From: Mytilus trossulus
Lineage: Eukaryota
NCBI RefSeq assembly: GCF_036588685.1
Contig: NC_086381.1
Coordinates: forward strand, 62,744,001 to 62,808,000
Length of the DNA stretch: 64,000 nt
Direction: 5' to 3'
Shown here: positions 37,944 through 50,950 of the stretch, in pieces
How positions within the stretch are numbered: the first letter of the stretch is position 1
Layout: the number at the start of each line of letters is the position of its first letter
The notes under the pieces: model-generated
Seen by the model: the letters and a program-made list of their open reading frames with translations, nothing else
The model's database searches: none
What the model was told of the DNA's origin: nothing
Translations under genes and position numbers: made by a program

Positions 37944-40355
37944 AATAACTCCAACATAAGAATTTGTATTGTTCATTATACCATATGTTTCTTTTGGTTT
38001 ATCTTTGAGTAATGAGTAAAATCATATAACTAAGTGTGTTTTACAATTGGTAAAGGATGTACTGAGGTAAAATCTAAAAACCGATCCAGAATTTAAAATT
38101 GATAATTTATGTAAGAATTGCATTAGTCAAGCATGTTAATCTACAAAATTAGCTACAGGTTATAAGCTCCTTTAAGAGATTATATTTTGTTTTTTTAAAT
38201 GGCGTGAATAGGCGGTCATTCAACTTAAGTTTACAATGCAATTATGTGGGTCTCAAATTAAAAAAAAAAATCAAGGATCTGCTTAAATTTTGGTGAATGG
38301 CCGTCTAAGAGTTATTAGAATCTCAGATGAAATCGGTTATACTTGGAAAATTACCCTACGTCGTAGGAAACAAAACAACAAGTCTAAACATACAACACAA
38401 CAAATTTAAACTTGACCTCTGTGTACTCTTAAGGCAATTTCAATTGAGGGAAGACAACTTTCAAGAAGCAATTTTATTCTGACATTTTTTCGAAAATAGA
38501 TATTTAACATATGTTTAAAGGAAACACATGAACATGACTTGGGACAGGCACATACATAAGTAATATGGCGGGGTTAAACATGTTAGCGGGATCCCAACCC
38601 TCCTCTAAGCTAGGACAGTGGTATAAAAGTACAACATCCCGCTTGATTTTCTCGATTCGTTATACATGTTGAAGACCCATTGGTGGCAATTGGCAGTTAT
38701 CTGCTCTTTGGTCGGGTTGTTGTCAATAGATATCATCTCAATTTCTGTTCTCAATTAAATTGTTCCCTTTTATTAATTGTATACACGTGAATCTTGGAGG
38801 ATTCGGACTTATTAAAATGGCGTGTATTACAACAAAGAGATGTGATGAGATTTCCGTCACTTTTTCCAAAGATGTGATCTTTTATTTATTTCTAGAAATA
38901 GGTTTACTGAACTTCGAATTTTATCATCATTGTGTTTATTTGTATTAAAAACTATATATAACCTAGATAAGCAATGATAAAATAGCTGAATACTTTTTAT
39001 AGCATGGTAAATGTTTGTTTCTGTATGTGTTTGATTTTATAGTGATTAATTAGTTAAAACATAATATTGACTGTTGTACCCCTATTTTGGAAATTTTACC
39101 TATTATGTCTATTTGGTTTGTGTACAAATCAATGTCAACATTGTGGAATTTTATGCGACAGTCATACAAGTGATAGGTTTAACTAGCTATAAAACCAGGT
39201 TTTATCAACCATTGTTTATCTAAAGAAAAATTCTAATCAAGTAAGGACTATTGCAGTTGATGTGTAATCGTTTGATGTGTTTGAGCTTTTGATTTAGTCA
39301 TTTGATGAGATTTTGAATTTTCCGAGGGGAGCAGTACTTTTGTAATTTTACATTTAAGGATTAAAAATTTACATTTGATTTTGGATGTAAAAGCATTTAA
39401 CGATGTTTCGAGGCAGTGCATGCATTTCACATTGTTTATCATGTTATACGAAGTATAATGATCGTCTTAGTAACCTGGCCGGATATCATTTCATAAAGGA
39501 TCTCTTTTGGTTTTCTTTGGTTTAATTATTGAATTTTGAACTGACTGATTTATGATTAATTAATTTGTAATATATGTCATTTCAAAAGAGCACAGTTGAC
39601 AATAAAATATATGCACCTACGTACTCAAACATTGAGGCAATTTAATAGCTGTATCTTTTGCTTATTATTTTTCTATTACAAGAACGTTTCTTTATTTTAC
39701 AAAGTAATTTAAAACCAAGGTTATGTTTATGTCTACCTTTCAAAAATATTATTAACATTTTTACACATATTAAATGTTATATTTGAATTTTATTTCATAC
39801 GATATGTCTGAAGATGGAATATGATCTCATCGAATTCGTAGTTTAATCTTATTCGTATACATTCGTATACGTAGATTTAAATAATATTTATGAAACCTAA
39901 TTTGCATATCAATTTTTCTACATATTTTTCCATTTTTTTTTTGTCATAAGATGCAATGGTCTTCATTGAAATTTATGCTTTGATCTTAAACCATATCTTT
40001 TTTCAATATTCAATATAAGTTTTTACATTTCTTTGTTCAATTTTAATAAATTCTATTCGGTATTAAGTTGGATTAGCATTGGAAAAATATAAATAATAAA
40101 TTATCTTGATATTTATATGAATAAATAATCAAGCATCGCTCCACAATCTCGGTTAATTTGTCTAGATATTTTTGAGATGTTTAAATATTAAAGCAATGTT
40201 TAAATTCTAAAGTGTTGCCTTCGAACTCAAACAATCGCAGTACAGTATTTAATTCTCTATTTTACCATTATACTTCACACAGTTACAACCCGACCCCAAC
40301 TTAAGAATACATGACGATGTTGATTTTCCACAGTTTAGTATACTGAAATCAGACA

Positions 40356-40708
40356 CACCACTGGGGCTATGCTATGCTGGTGGACGTTTTGTCCCCGAGG
40401 GTATCACCAGCCAAGTAGTCAAGATTTAGGTGTTGAAATGAATATCAATAATGTGGTCATTTTTACAAATTTCCTGTTTACAAAAACTTTGAGTTTTTAT
40501 AAAAACTAAAGATTTTCTTACCTCAGACATAGATTACCTTAGCCGTATTTGGCACAATTTTTTTGGAATTTTGAATCCTCAATGCATTTCACCTTTGTAC
40601 TTGTTTGGCTTTAAATATTTTGTTATGGGCGTCACTGGTGAGTCTTATGTAGACGAAACGCGCGTCTGGCGTCCTAAATTATAATCCTGATAGCTTTGAT
40701 CACTATTC
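40356..40708 (+). mobile_element. Non-LTR retrozyme monomer (~350 bp, family A)
   Basis: Non-coding ~350-bp repeat carrying a type I hammerhead near its 3' end; partial homologs at ~11365, 36295, 42385 and 44640. Confidence 0.75.
40629..40672 (+). ncRNA. Type I minimal hammerhead ribozyme, A6G variant
   Basis: GCGTCA-CTGGTGA-GTCT tatgt AGAC-GAAA-C GCGC G-TC-TGGCGT: stems I and II intact, palindromic stem III. Confidence 0.8.
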
Positions 40709-41341
40709 CTAAATTGTTAAAGTTTCGAAATTTAATGGATTCTGTCTAAATGTGCTCTGTTTGTTTGTGCCCTTTTTTTAACAGCTCTACAACATATTCT
40801 TAAAATAAATGGTTGAATATTTTATAGGTTTTAATTCTCAAAAATATTAATCTGCTCTACATTATAATCAAATTTCAAAATTTCAAACTATGTTATTTCA
40901 TATTTCGATCGAAGCTATTCTCAATTTTTCATTGCAATAAAGAATAAATATTTCAGTGCAAAGTTCATATTTGTTAACCAATGGAAGACAACTAAATCGG
41001 AATGTAAAGCTAGCTTAACATCTCGCTTGTATGACAGTCGTATAATATTTTATTTACTTTGAATAACAATGAAACATGAACGAAGAGGTTTGTAACATTA
41101 TTAATTTGCTTTTGCGTTCAAATTAAATGTTTATTATGACCCTAATTTACAGAAGGTAAAAAATTATCAACTTACACTGTCTGAGTAAATGTCAATATTT
41201 AAAAAGCTGAAAGTTCGATATCTCAAAAAGGACTCCTCATGTCATTGTCACGTAACCTTAGAACTTAACATGTGACCTTAGGTTATATTACCTAATATGT
41301 TAAATTTGTAAATAGTTTTTGAAGTAGTAGGAATTCTTACA

Positions 41342-42390
41342 CCAACTATATTGTCAACATCTGGAAGTACAGGATTTCCAGATGCGGTCGAATTTAAAAC
41401 ACTTCTTCAATGACCGACCTTTTTATTGTGCGGGTGGATATCCACATTGTAAAATCTACACCGGTGGAACACATATTACATATGCTTATCTCTTTTATCT
41501 TCTTAGAAATACTACAGAAAGAGCGTCCTTTCTGGGCAGTTTTTGTCACGCCGATGTTACAACAAATTCTGAATCAAGAAGATATTCAAACTAAAATACG
41601 CTCTGTTATGAGTGGAGGTCAACCTGTTCCATCGACATGTCTTGATGGCTAAGGAAAGACATTCGACAACCTAGCTGTAAGGTATGCTTCTACTGAATTT
41701 GTAGTAGACGCAGGGAAAATATGTACTGCATCCTCACCATTGTCGCAAACATATCTTATTGTTGCATCACTGTCAGGGGTTGACTTAAAAGTAGTTGGTT
41801 GAAATGGTTTGATAGTGAAATCGCCAGCTAGTGGCGGAAGTTATATTCGAAACCCCCAGTTGGATTTGAAGTATACGTAAATAAAAAAAATAAAAAGAAA
41901 AATGTTATCATTCCTTATCGCTGGTATAAAACTGACGATTATGGTAACATGGATGCTGACAATTCCTAAATGGTTTCTGGAAGAATTTGTGAAGTACCGG
42001 TAATTGAAATATCTGGTGCTAAGGTTGTACCGTTTTTTATTGAGGCAGTACTGAAAAAAACATAAAATGGTTTACTTTTTTTTAATTTTAAATTGTTATT
42101 TGGATAGAGAGTTGTCTCATTGGCACTCACACCACATCTTCCTTTATCTATATAAAAACGTCAAGGACGTAGTAGTTTCGCCGATTGAACATGCACTGAC
42201 TTATGATAATGCCCCATGTGCATCAGTACTTACACAGAAAGGGCAAGTGTCACTGAAGATGATCAACGCAAATTAACCAGAGATACAATGAAAATTGATG
42301 AAGATGTTCAGATGCATAACGTCCAAAGTATATCATATTTTTGAAGGAATTACAAACAACCGGTACCGCGAAAATAGACAGAATAAACTC
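41342..42390 (+). pseudogene. Intronless AMP-dependent acyl-CoA synthetase (ANL family) pseudogene
   Basis: Ordered motifs TILSTSGSTGFP, FFNDRPF..GGYP, SGGQPVP, YASTE, WYKT.D.G, ISGAKV.P..IEAVL, VKDVVV and PKYIIFLKELQTTGTAKIDR. Multiple stops, frameshifts and a deletion; repeat inserted at ~42065-42152. Confidence 0.85.
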
Positions 42391-42423
42391 ATCATAAATA
42401 CCAGGATTAAAATGTTATTTTTT

Positions 42424-42467
42424 ACGCCAGACGCGCGTTTCGTCTACAAAAAACTCATCACTGACGC
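42424..42467 (-). ncRNA. Type I minimal hammerhead ribozyme (family A), C3G variant
   Basis: Minus strand: GCGTCA-GTGATGA-GTTT tttgt AGAC-GAAA-C GCGC G-TC-TGGCGT. Confidence 0.75.
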
Positions 42468-45400
42468 TCGAATCAAAATCTTTTTAAAGGTCAAATGAAG
42501 TACGAAGTTGAAGAATACTAAGGACCAAAAATTCTTAAAAGAGATTTTATTTCTTTTTTTTACTATTCCATCCCCCTAATTGAAATGCATAGCGGGTACC
42601 TATTTACAGATATGAGAAATCTTGTGAAATGCAAATATTCTCAAAATGCTTTTTGCCTGAAAACAACTTCGATTTATAAGCCTGTGGCAAGTCAAGAATA
42701 TGACAGTTGTTTGATGTGTTAGAGCTTTAGATTTTGCCTATTGCTAAATGACTTTCCATTTTTTTAAATTTTCCCTTGGTTTTGGTATTTGTGTTGTTTG
42801 TCTTTTTGTTGATATTGATCATGTTGATTGTGTAATTACTAGCAATCTATGCGTTTGGTGTATTTGCAAATATTAACACAAAGCTCAGATTTGCTATATC
42901 CTCTGTGACAAAAACGGTGACTTGATAAATGATCCATAGTACAAGAGGGACGAAAGATACTAGCGGGACAGTCGAGCTCATAAATCGAAAATAAACTTAC
43001 AACGCCTGGCTAAAAATGAAAGAAGACAAACAGACAAACAATAGAACACATGACATAGTGAAAAAAACTAAAAAATAAGCAACACGGACCCCACCAAAAC
43101 CTAGGAGTGATCTCAGGTGCTCCAGAAGGGTAAGCAAATCCTGCTCCTGCCATAGTTAGTTATGTGAACAAAATAGTAAATGACTTACTGTTTATGTTAG
43201 TTTCATCTAGACAAAGTTATCACCTAAACATTTCAAAATAGAAAAGTTAAAAACAGTAAAATGTCAAAATTCTAAACGTTTTGAATTAAAGAAAAATACA
43301 TGAAATTTACGTACAATGAAAAGAATGTTAACACTGATTATCAAAACCTGGCATAGAAGGCGTGGCTACTTTATAACATATATGTTTAATCCCGAGTCAT
43401 TCTATATGAGCTTGTCTCAAGTCAAGAGTCTGTTATTCACGTTTTGTTTTAAAACTAAAAGGTTGGTAGACCTTTAGCTGCATATGATTCGCATTAAGTC
43501 CCAAAACATTTCATCAGAAAAGTTTTAAAAAAAAGAGTCAAATGTCAAATTTTCAAACACTTGAATTGAAGAAAAATCTTGAAATGTACGTCGATGTAAA
43601 AAATGTTATCACAGACTGGATATAGGAAGATGTGCTGTGATTGCCAATGAGACAACTCTCCATCCAAATAACAATTAAAAAAAGTAAACCATTATAAGTC
43701 AATGTACGGCCTTCAACACGGAGCGTTGGCTCACACTAAATAACAAGCTTTAAAGGGCCCCAAAATTACTATTGTAAAACCATTCAAACGGGAAAAACAA
43801 CAGTCTAATCTATAAAAAAAAACGAGAAACGAAAAAAAACCGTATAAATTACATAAACAAACGACAACTACTGTACATCAGATTCCTGACTTAGGACAGT
43901 TGCAAACATTTGCAGCAGGATTAAACGATTTAATGGATCCAAACCTTCTCCTTTTTTCTGAACCAATAGCATAACATCACAACATAGAAAAACACACGAT
44001 AAAATATCAATTTGCCAGGCTTTACTCAATATAAAAATGTAAATTAATACACTATGAACGAATAAATTTGACTGAGCCATTATCACTGTACTAGTATACA
44101 TATTTTTCAAGGGTCAGCTGAAGAACGCCTCTGGGTCCGGGAGTTTCTCATTACATTGATGACTCATTGATGGACTTCGGCTGTTGTCTGCTCTATGGTC
44201 GAGTTGTTGTCGCTTTGACACATTCCCCATTTTCTTTCTCAATGTTATGGTAAAGAAAACGTAGCTACTTTATAACACATGTGTTTAATTCCGTATCATT
44301 ATGTATGTGATTGTCTCACGTCAAGAGCCTGTTTTTTTAATTTTTTATCAACGAAAGAGGTTGGCACACTTCTATTTGCACACGATTTGCATTGTTCTTA
44401 GCCACACTATTTGCAAAATATAAACAGTGAAGACTATATAATAACAAGGTGTCAAAAGTCACTTATTGTTTCAAATTTTTTATAAAAGTCCCTAACTATG
44501 TTACTTTTAGTTTAAATCAGGGATTGAGAATCTTATATTGCATGCATTATACTCAATTTATATTCTGATACATGAAACAATGTGTTATATGTACATTAAA
44601 ATATTTAAAATGTTCAAGTTTATCTTTTTTTATCATTGAAATGTTCATATTTATAAACAAACTGTCAACAAAATTTTGAATTTTAGAACTAAGGCGTTTC
44701 TTACAAAGGAACAAATTACCTAATTTGTATTAAGGCAACACTTTGAGAATTTTTTATTCTCAATGCTTTTCATCTTCGTACTTCATTTTGGCCTTTTTAA
44801 TGTTTTTTTTTAATTCCATCGTCAGTGATTATACTTTTGTAGTCCGTCGCAAATACAAAATATCAATCCTGGTATCAACGATGAGTGTAGTGTGTTACGT
44901 CATTGAATAGAATCCCAGTATAATTTTAAACATACTAAAACCGAAGGAATTTTTTAATGACTTCGATGCTTGTTAGTTTGCTGGTCTGGTTTGTGAAAGA
45001 ATCATTGTTTACGTATTTCAATACATTAATAAGCAATATGATCTAGATTTGGCACAGTCAATTCCAAACCAAGGTTATTCTTTTATCAATATTTCAAGGA
45101 TATCGATGACATTATTTTTTTAAAATTGATTTAAATGTAAAATTGCCATTTTGATCAATGCGATGTCTTAAGATAAAATTTCACATTCATATTGTTTTTA
45201 ATTAATTTAAAATTAGTTCATTTAAACAATATTCGTGACAAAATCATTATGCATGTGATATATACTACATTTCCTTTCCATTAAAGTTATTAAGCATCGT
45301 TTCTCAGTCATGGGAAATTTATTATAGTATTTTTTTCAGATTTTACATGCTCGACAGTTGCCTTAGTCTAACATTTACAGTATAGTCATCAATTTGTTTT

Positions 45401-45672
45401 TCGTTCCTACATTACAATACATACCATTTACGTATTTTTGATCCCAATTTGATAATTCATAATATTGTTAAATTAAATAAATTCTCATTTCTCCAATGGC
45501 ATAAGTTCTCAAAGGTACCAGGATTATAATCAAATTGCTTAAAATTGAAACGAAAAAGGCAGTATTGTGACGACCTACCGGTGTTAATTTATGTGCTATT
45601 TGGTCTCGTGAGAGGAGTTGTCTTATTAGAAAGCATACTGCATATTCTTGAATCTATATTTAATCATTTGAT

Positions 45673-46550
45673 AAACAAGAAGCTGAAATGTCTCGCCTTC
45701 TTTACTAACCATTGATGCTTTGTTGATAGTGTTTTCAACAACAATTACATGAACTAAACATGATCAAAGAAAACGAAGTCAATGTTATTAAAAACAAACG
45801 AGAAATACATATACATCTTACAATCTTTAAATACACTAATACAGTTGACATATTCCTTATGCTTTCTACTAAACAGACTTAACCAAGAAGACTAAACATT
45901 GACCAATAAACCTTGCAAATGAGGTCAAGGTCAGATTATCCATGCAAGGCAGACATTTACAGGTAACAACACTTTCATACAACACATATAGGTGACCGAC
46001 TACTTCTAGTGTAAAATAAACATACGAAAAACATAATCTGAACAGTGAGCAATAAACCGTGAAAATGCAGTCTATGTCCAAGAAAACCTGTCATTGAACA
46101 TGTACACCTGACAATGCCTCTATATACCAAATATACTAGACATATAAATTATTGTATCTGAGATAGAGACATAATAAACAACACTTAACCTTGTTCACTG
46201 ATCCATGATATGAGGTCCAGGTCAAGAGAGAACTATGTGAAAGCTTTGAGGATTTTGCACGGTACACAAATACTAAATATAGTTATCATTTTACTCATGA
46301 TAAGAGAGAAATAAACATTACAAAAACTCTTCTTTTTTCAAGTAGTAAATGAATTATGAAAGTAAGGTCAATGCCAATGGACATGTGATTGACGAAAACT
46401 TCGTAACATAAGACATCTATATACCATGTATGAAGCATCAATGTCTTCCACCTTTTAAAATATAAAGCCTTTAAAAAGTATGCTTACACCACCGCCGGAT
46501 CACTATCCCTATATCAAGCTTTCTGCGACAAAATTCGCTGGATCGATAAT
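45673..46550. mobile_element. Helentron-associated (HINE-like) repeat with internal degenerate tandem units
   Basis: AACAAG start and recurrent GAGGTCAAGGTCA motifs; related sequence at ~58800-59480 and ~63500-63790. Confidence 0.5.
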
Positions 46551-46724
46551 AAACTGAGATACTCATCAAGTGTTTTGCTAAGAAAGCAAGCGTTAACTAT
46601 AATGTTCCGGATACCTTCATGCTTAAAATTTTAAGATGATCGTCTTTGTTGTGATTTTTTTATTTGACACATTTATTGCACAAAACAGTTAAAGAATTTC
46701 AAACAAATACTATATTTTCTATTA

Positions 46725-46936
46725 TACTGTTGATTCATTATTTTTCGTTGTATACCTATTTTCGTGGATTTCGTGGGTAAAGATGAACCACGAAATGTTA
46801 CGTTCAATGAATGACTAATTGTCTAAAGACTTGCATTAAGACTACGGCAAAACCACGAAATTAAATGTCCACGAACATTGAAGTTTATTTTCATCCACGA
46901 AATTGGTGCCCACAAAAATAAACGAGTCCACAGTAC
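46725..46936. mobile_element. TA-flanked MITE (CTGT...ACAG termini)
   Basis: TACTGTTGATTCATTATTTTTCGTTG versus CCCACAAAAATAAACGAGTCCACAGTA; internal inverted CCACGAAA / TTTCGTGG motifs. Confidence 0.6.
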
Positions 46937-47267
46937 TAAGTTAATATTTGTATAAATGTTTTCTATGTTTGATACTCTTTGAATTGACTTCTCTTACTAA
47001 TTGTACGTGTTTGAACCTATTTGGAAAAGTAAAGGTCAGTAAGATAAGTTGTCAATATCAACATGATTAACTCAGGAATTTTATCTTAGAAAAAGCAATA
47101 TTACTGACATGCTTTTTAAAGACATTTTGATTTCGATTTATGAGTTTGACTGTTCCTTTAATATCTTTCGTCAGTCTTCTGTTGTAATGAACGAGGATTC
47201 ATAAACCTTAATCGGACAAGATGAAGAAAAGCTTCAGTACACAATTAAAGTACAATAATGTGCTTTA

Positions 47268-47530
47268 TTACAAACAGCCTAAACATACACTCCGTCCTAT
47301 CAGACATTTTGAGTATACTTTCCAATCTGGACGATGGTATGTGGTCATCACCTGACCCCCTGCAATTAACTGACATTCCTTGATTTTTTTATTGAAGTTG
47401 AAACCAAAACAGGTACCAGAGGTGGAACAAAGTGTGGAACAAAATACACTAGTGATGGCTGTCGTTGTTCTAAGCAAGGTCATGTTGCCATACTGATTTG
47501 ATGTTCCACAAAAATGTCCAGTATACTGAC
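47268..47530 (-). CDS. Gene D last exon, PAN/apple domain
   Basis: Acceptor attttcAG, phase 1: GQYTGHFCG...SVFCSTLCSTSGTCFGFNFNKKIKECQL...DWKVYSKCLIGRSVCLGCL*. Confidence 0.85.
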
Positions 47531-48624
47531 CTGAAAATATAAACGAGTAAGAATTATTAAGAGATAATTGACAATTTTTGTGAAATCATTATATTTACTT
47601 ATATTTCTGATTTCATATATTTTCAATACAAACAGTGCTTCTACAAACATAAATATCGTTACATTATACAATTAGACTGGGTGCCCATAAATCTTTAAAA
47701 ATCACATATTTTCGGAGATAATTGTAGACTGTGAAATCATAAATAGAAATTAGAAAATAGACATTTTAAAAACAGTTAAATTACAAATGAAAAACCAGTT
47801 CAAAACACGAATAATGTTAGATTAAATCAGAAAAGGAACATCAATACCAAGTCCTGTTTATTTAATGTATAAAGATTATTTAAAGATTTTAATTTCAGCT
47901 TAAGATATACATCCCAACACAGATTTATGTATGATATTCAAAATAATTTGTCGCAATTTGGTAAGATGTTCTTTTTGATAGTATGCTTAAGTGTTAGTAT
48001 TCCATTTTAACTGTGTTGTGTTATGTGGTGCAATTCAGGATTGGTAGGTTTGATAGTCACGACAAAAACTCTACCAAAAGTAGTCTAAAACGTATACTTA
48101 ACTCACATTTGAGAAATTCTATTAGATTGTCAGACTCTATATACTCTATCGTAGACAGTGTGTAGATTCAACTTTAAAAATAACAAACGCAATTGATGCA
48201 TATAGTCAAAACTGTCAAATTACCATTGCAGATTGAATGACCGGTATCTACAAAGATGCGACCAGCTGTGAAAACCCACCGCATGGCAGACACAATGATT
48301 GTCCAATTAACAACAGAAAAGAAAAACGTGTACAAAAAATACAGGAAACATAAGGTTACACTGAAATCAAAATATAGGACACTTCATAAACAGCTAAACT
48401 TTGCCTGTACTTTTCAACCTATAATGAATAAAGTCCAAAACTATGGGAACATATGTTCATTTAAACATACTTAACATGCTTAACATATACACACTGTGTC
48501 AATTGTAAATAAATTGAAATTGTTATGTGGTGGCCAAACCGGTTTTGGGGGTGAGCACTACATTTTCCAAAAAAATCTGGAGGACAGCGAGACAAATTTA
48601 AATGATTTATATAAAATTGGTATG

Positions 48625-49985
48625 GACGAATACTGTTACATGTAGTGCAGTACACCATGTACACGGTAATGTTGTTTTGTTATGTTTCAATGGCATATTT
48701 ACCCAATTTCTGTATTGTACCTTAGACAGGGTTTCCCCTGGGTTAATTATTTTTTCGCCACCTCTTTCGCACAACAATATATTTTTCGCCACTGTATTTT
48801 TTTCCGCCAAGTAACAAACATATTTTTCGTTTAAATTTTTTTTTCTACTCCTACCCTAAATAAGATAAGTTTGCCCCATTGTTGTCTATGACTTTTATCT
48901 AAAACTTATCTTAGAGTCTACATTGTAATGATTAAACACTTTACAATTACTTTTTGTTAACTTAAAAGGGGGAAATTCATTATATATTTTAAACAACTTT
49001 TTCTAAAAAAAAAAAGGGTGCCACCAACTTTTTATAATAAATAAGATATCAGTCCCGGAATATAACAAAAACCGTAGAATACCAGAGATGTACAGTTCTT
49101 TAGGAAATTTTCTTCAATCGAAAACAGGTGCTCTTTTGGTCTAAGAAGTGGTTTTCACAACAAAACCAAAGATTTTATCACTTGAAATTGATCCCTCATT
49201 TAAGGTGTAGCCATAACATTGAAGGGTTACTCCCCTCCGAGGGGTTGTTCCTAAACCTTGGCATAGATTTCTTCATAACAACAGTTTTCTTTTCTAAACG
49301 ATCGTAAATAAAAACGTTGAGACGTAAAGCTATGCTTGAAATACGTGGTGTCAATCATATGACTTTAAAATACTCTCTCGAATCAATTATCTATATAAAA
49401 ATCAAATGATAAAGATTTAAATCGGAGATTTTTTCTTGCATTGAAACATTTTACGTAATAACAACTGGACTATCATTAAAAAAGCAGAGGAGAGGTAAAA
49501 AAAATCCCCGAACACTTGCGTCGCAAGTTGATAAATTATTTTTATGACAAGTGACGGACACCATTTGACCATACCATTTTCTCAAACAATACAATCAACA
49601 CTTTTTTTTAATTAATTCTTAGTTGTCGATAACTAAAAAGTGCAATCAGCTGATTATGGATTTTCTATCAAAATCTTAACGAGTTCCAGGTGAATTCCAA
49701 GTATTGTCTGATCAAGTTAAGTCCCAGAAACCCCAAAAAAGTAAATAAACAAGATAGATGAAAATAAATCGTTATTTATATTTCTTTCGCCAAATTCTTT
49801 CGTTAATGACGAATTTAAATCGCCACAATTATTTTTTTTCGCGAATTGCGAATAACCGCCAGCGGAAACCCTGACCTAAGACATAAGTTCACCTAGATAC
49901 ATGAAATTAACTGAAACTCGTAAATTAATACATTTTATGAAAATCCACACTAGCTTGTACTGCATTGCATGTAACAGTATTCGTC
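48625..49985. mobile_element. Small TIR element split by a hAT insertion
   Basis: About 30-bp TIRs GACGAATACTGTTACATGTAGTGCAGTACA / TGTACTGCATTGCATGTAACAGTATTCGTC. Confidence 0.65.
48727..49873. mobile_element. Non-autonomous hAT element (1147 bp)
   Basis: TIRs CAGGGTTTCC(C/G)CTGG; 8-bp TSD ACCTTAGA / ACCTAAGA. Confidence 0.8.
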
Positions 49986-50464
49986 AAATCATAAAAGTAG
50001 TGAACTACTAGGAATATTCAAAACGAGAGTCCCTATTCAAATGGCAAAATCAAATGCTCAAACACATCAAACGAATTCCTGACTTGGAACCGACATTTTC
50101 TTATGTACACAATGGTGGATTAAACTCTGATTTTACAGCAAGCTAGACCTCTCACTTCTATGACAGTCGCATTCAATTCCATAATATTGACAATGATGTG
50201 CGAACAAAACTGATAGACATAATAAGGAAACATGTAAATATTGGGGTACAACAGTCAACATTGTGTTATAATCTTAATCACTATAAAAACAAACAAATAT
50301 GTAATAAAGTAGCACTAAACGCTATAAAGACAAAGCACAAAAATGAAACACAAGAATTAAGAAATTTACTATAGAAAAATAACACAATGACGGGATGTAT
50401 AGTTACAGAGCCACGTCCTCTGTATGAAATAATATATTTTGTTATATTAATATACCTGACTCAC

Positions 50465-50950
50465 CTTTAAATTCTATCCTCCATATCCCAGTTATTCCCC
50501 AACCTGTTCTTATCCCTATTCCAGTTATATTAAATGGGGAAATATCTGTCCAATCAACGACTGAATTATCAGATGAGTCCTTCACTTCAATGTGCCCATC
50601 ACTTGACCATGTCAAGACAAACTCTTTAAAATCTATGCAACTAGTTATTCCAGGGGTTATTTTGACATAACTGTCACCTGGTCCGAACTTCCGTCGAAGG
50701 TATGTATTCTTGCCGTTGTTACTTCCTATCGCTATCTCATAAAAATTAGGAGATTTAAAATTTGCTGAAGATGACATATGAATGAAAACATTACTGCATG
50801 CCTTGATACTAAATCTGAATTCTTGAAATTCGGAATAAAACAGATCATAATCAGATAACTTGGTACAATAGTCATAAACATTCGGAGCATTCCATGCATC
50901 GAAGTTGCCAGCATCCTTTGTTTTTATCCATATTTCATTTAGAACACTAC
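50465..50950 (-). CDS. Gene D exon 2, farnesoic acid O-methyltransferase-like (Methyltransf_FA) domain
   Basis: Phase 1-1, 486 nt open: FRFSIKACSNVFI, FYEIAIGSNNG, SCIDFKEFVLTW, WTDISPFNITGIGIRTGWGITGIW; donor GTGAGT. Confidence 0.88.

Noticed and set aside
41340-42050. Minus-strand exon suggested by a tttttttcAG acceptor at 42051
   Set aside because: All minus frames have stops, and the plus strand carries the ordered acyl-CoA synthetase motifs.
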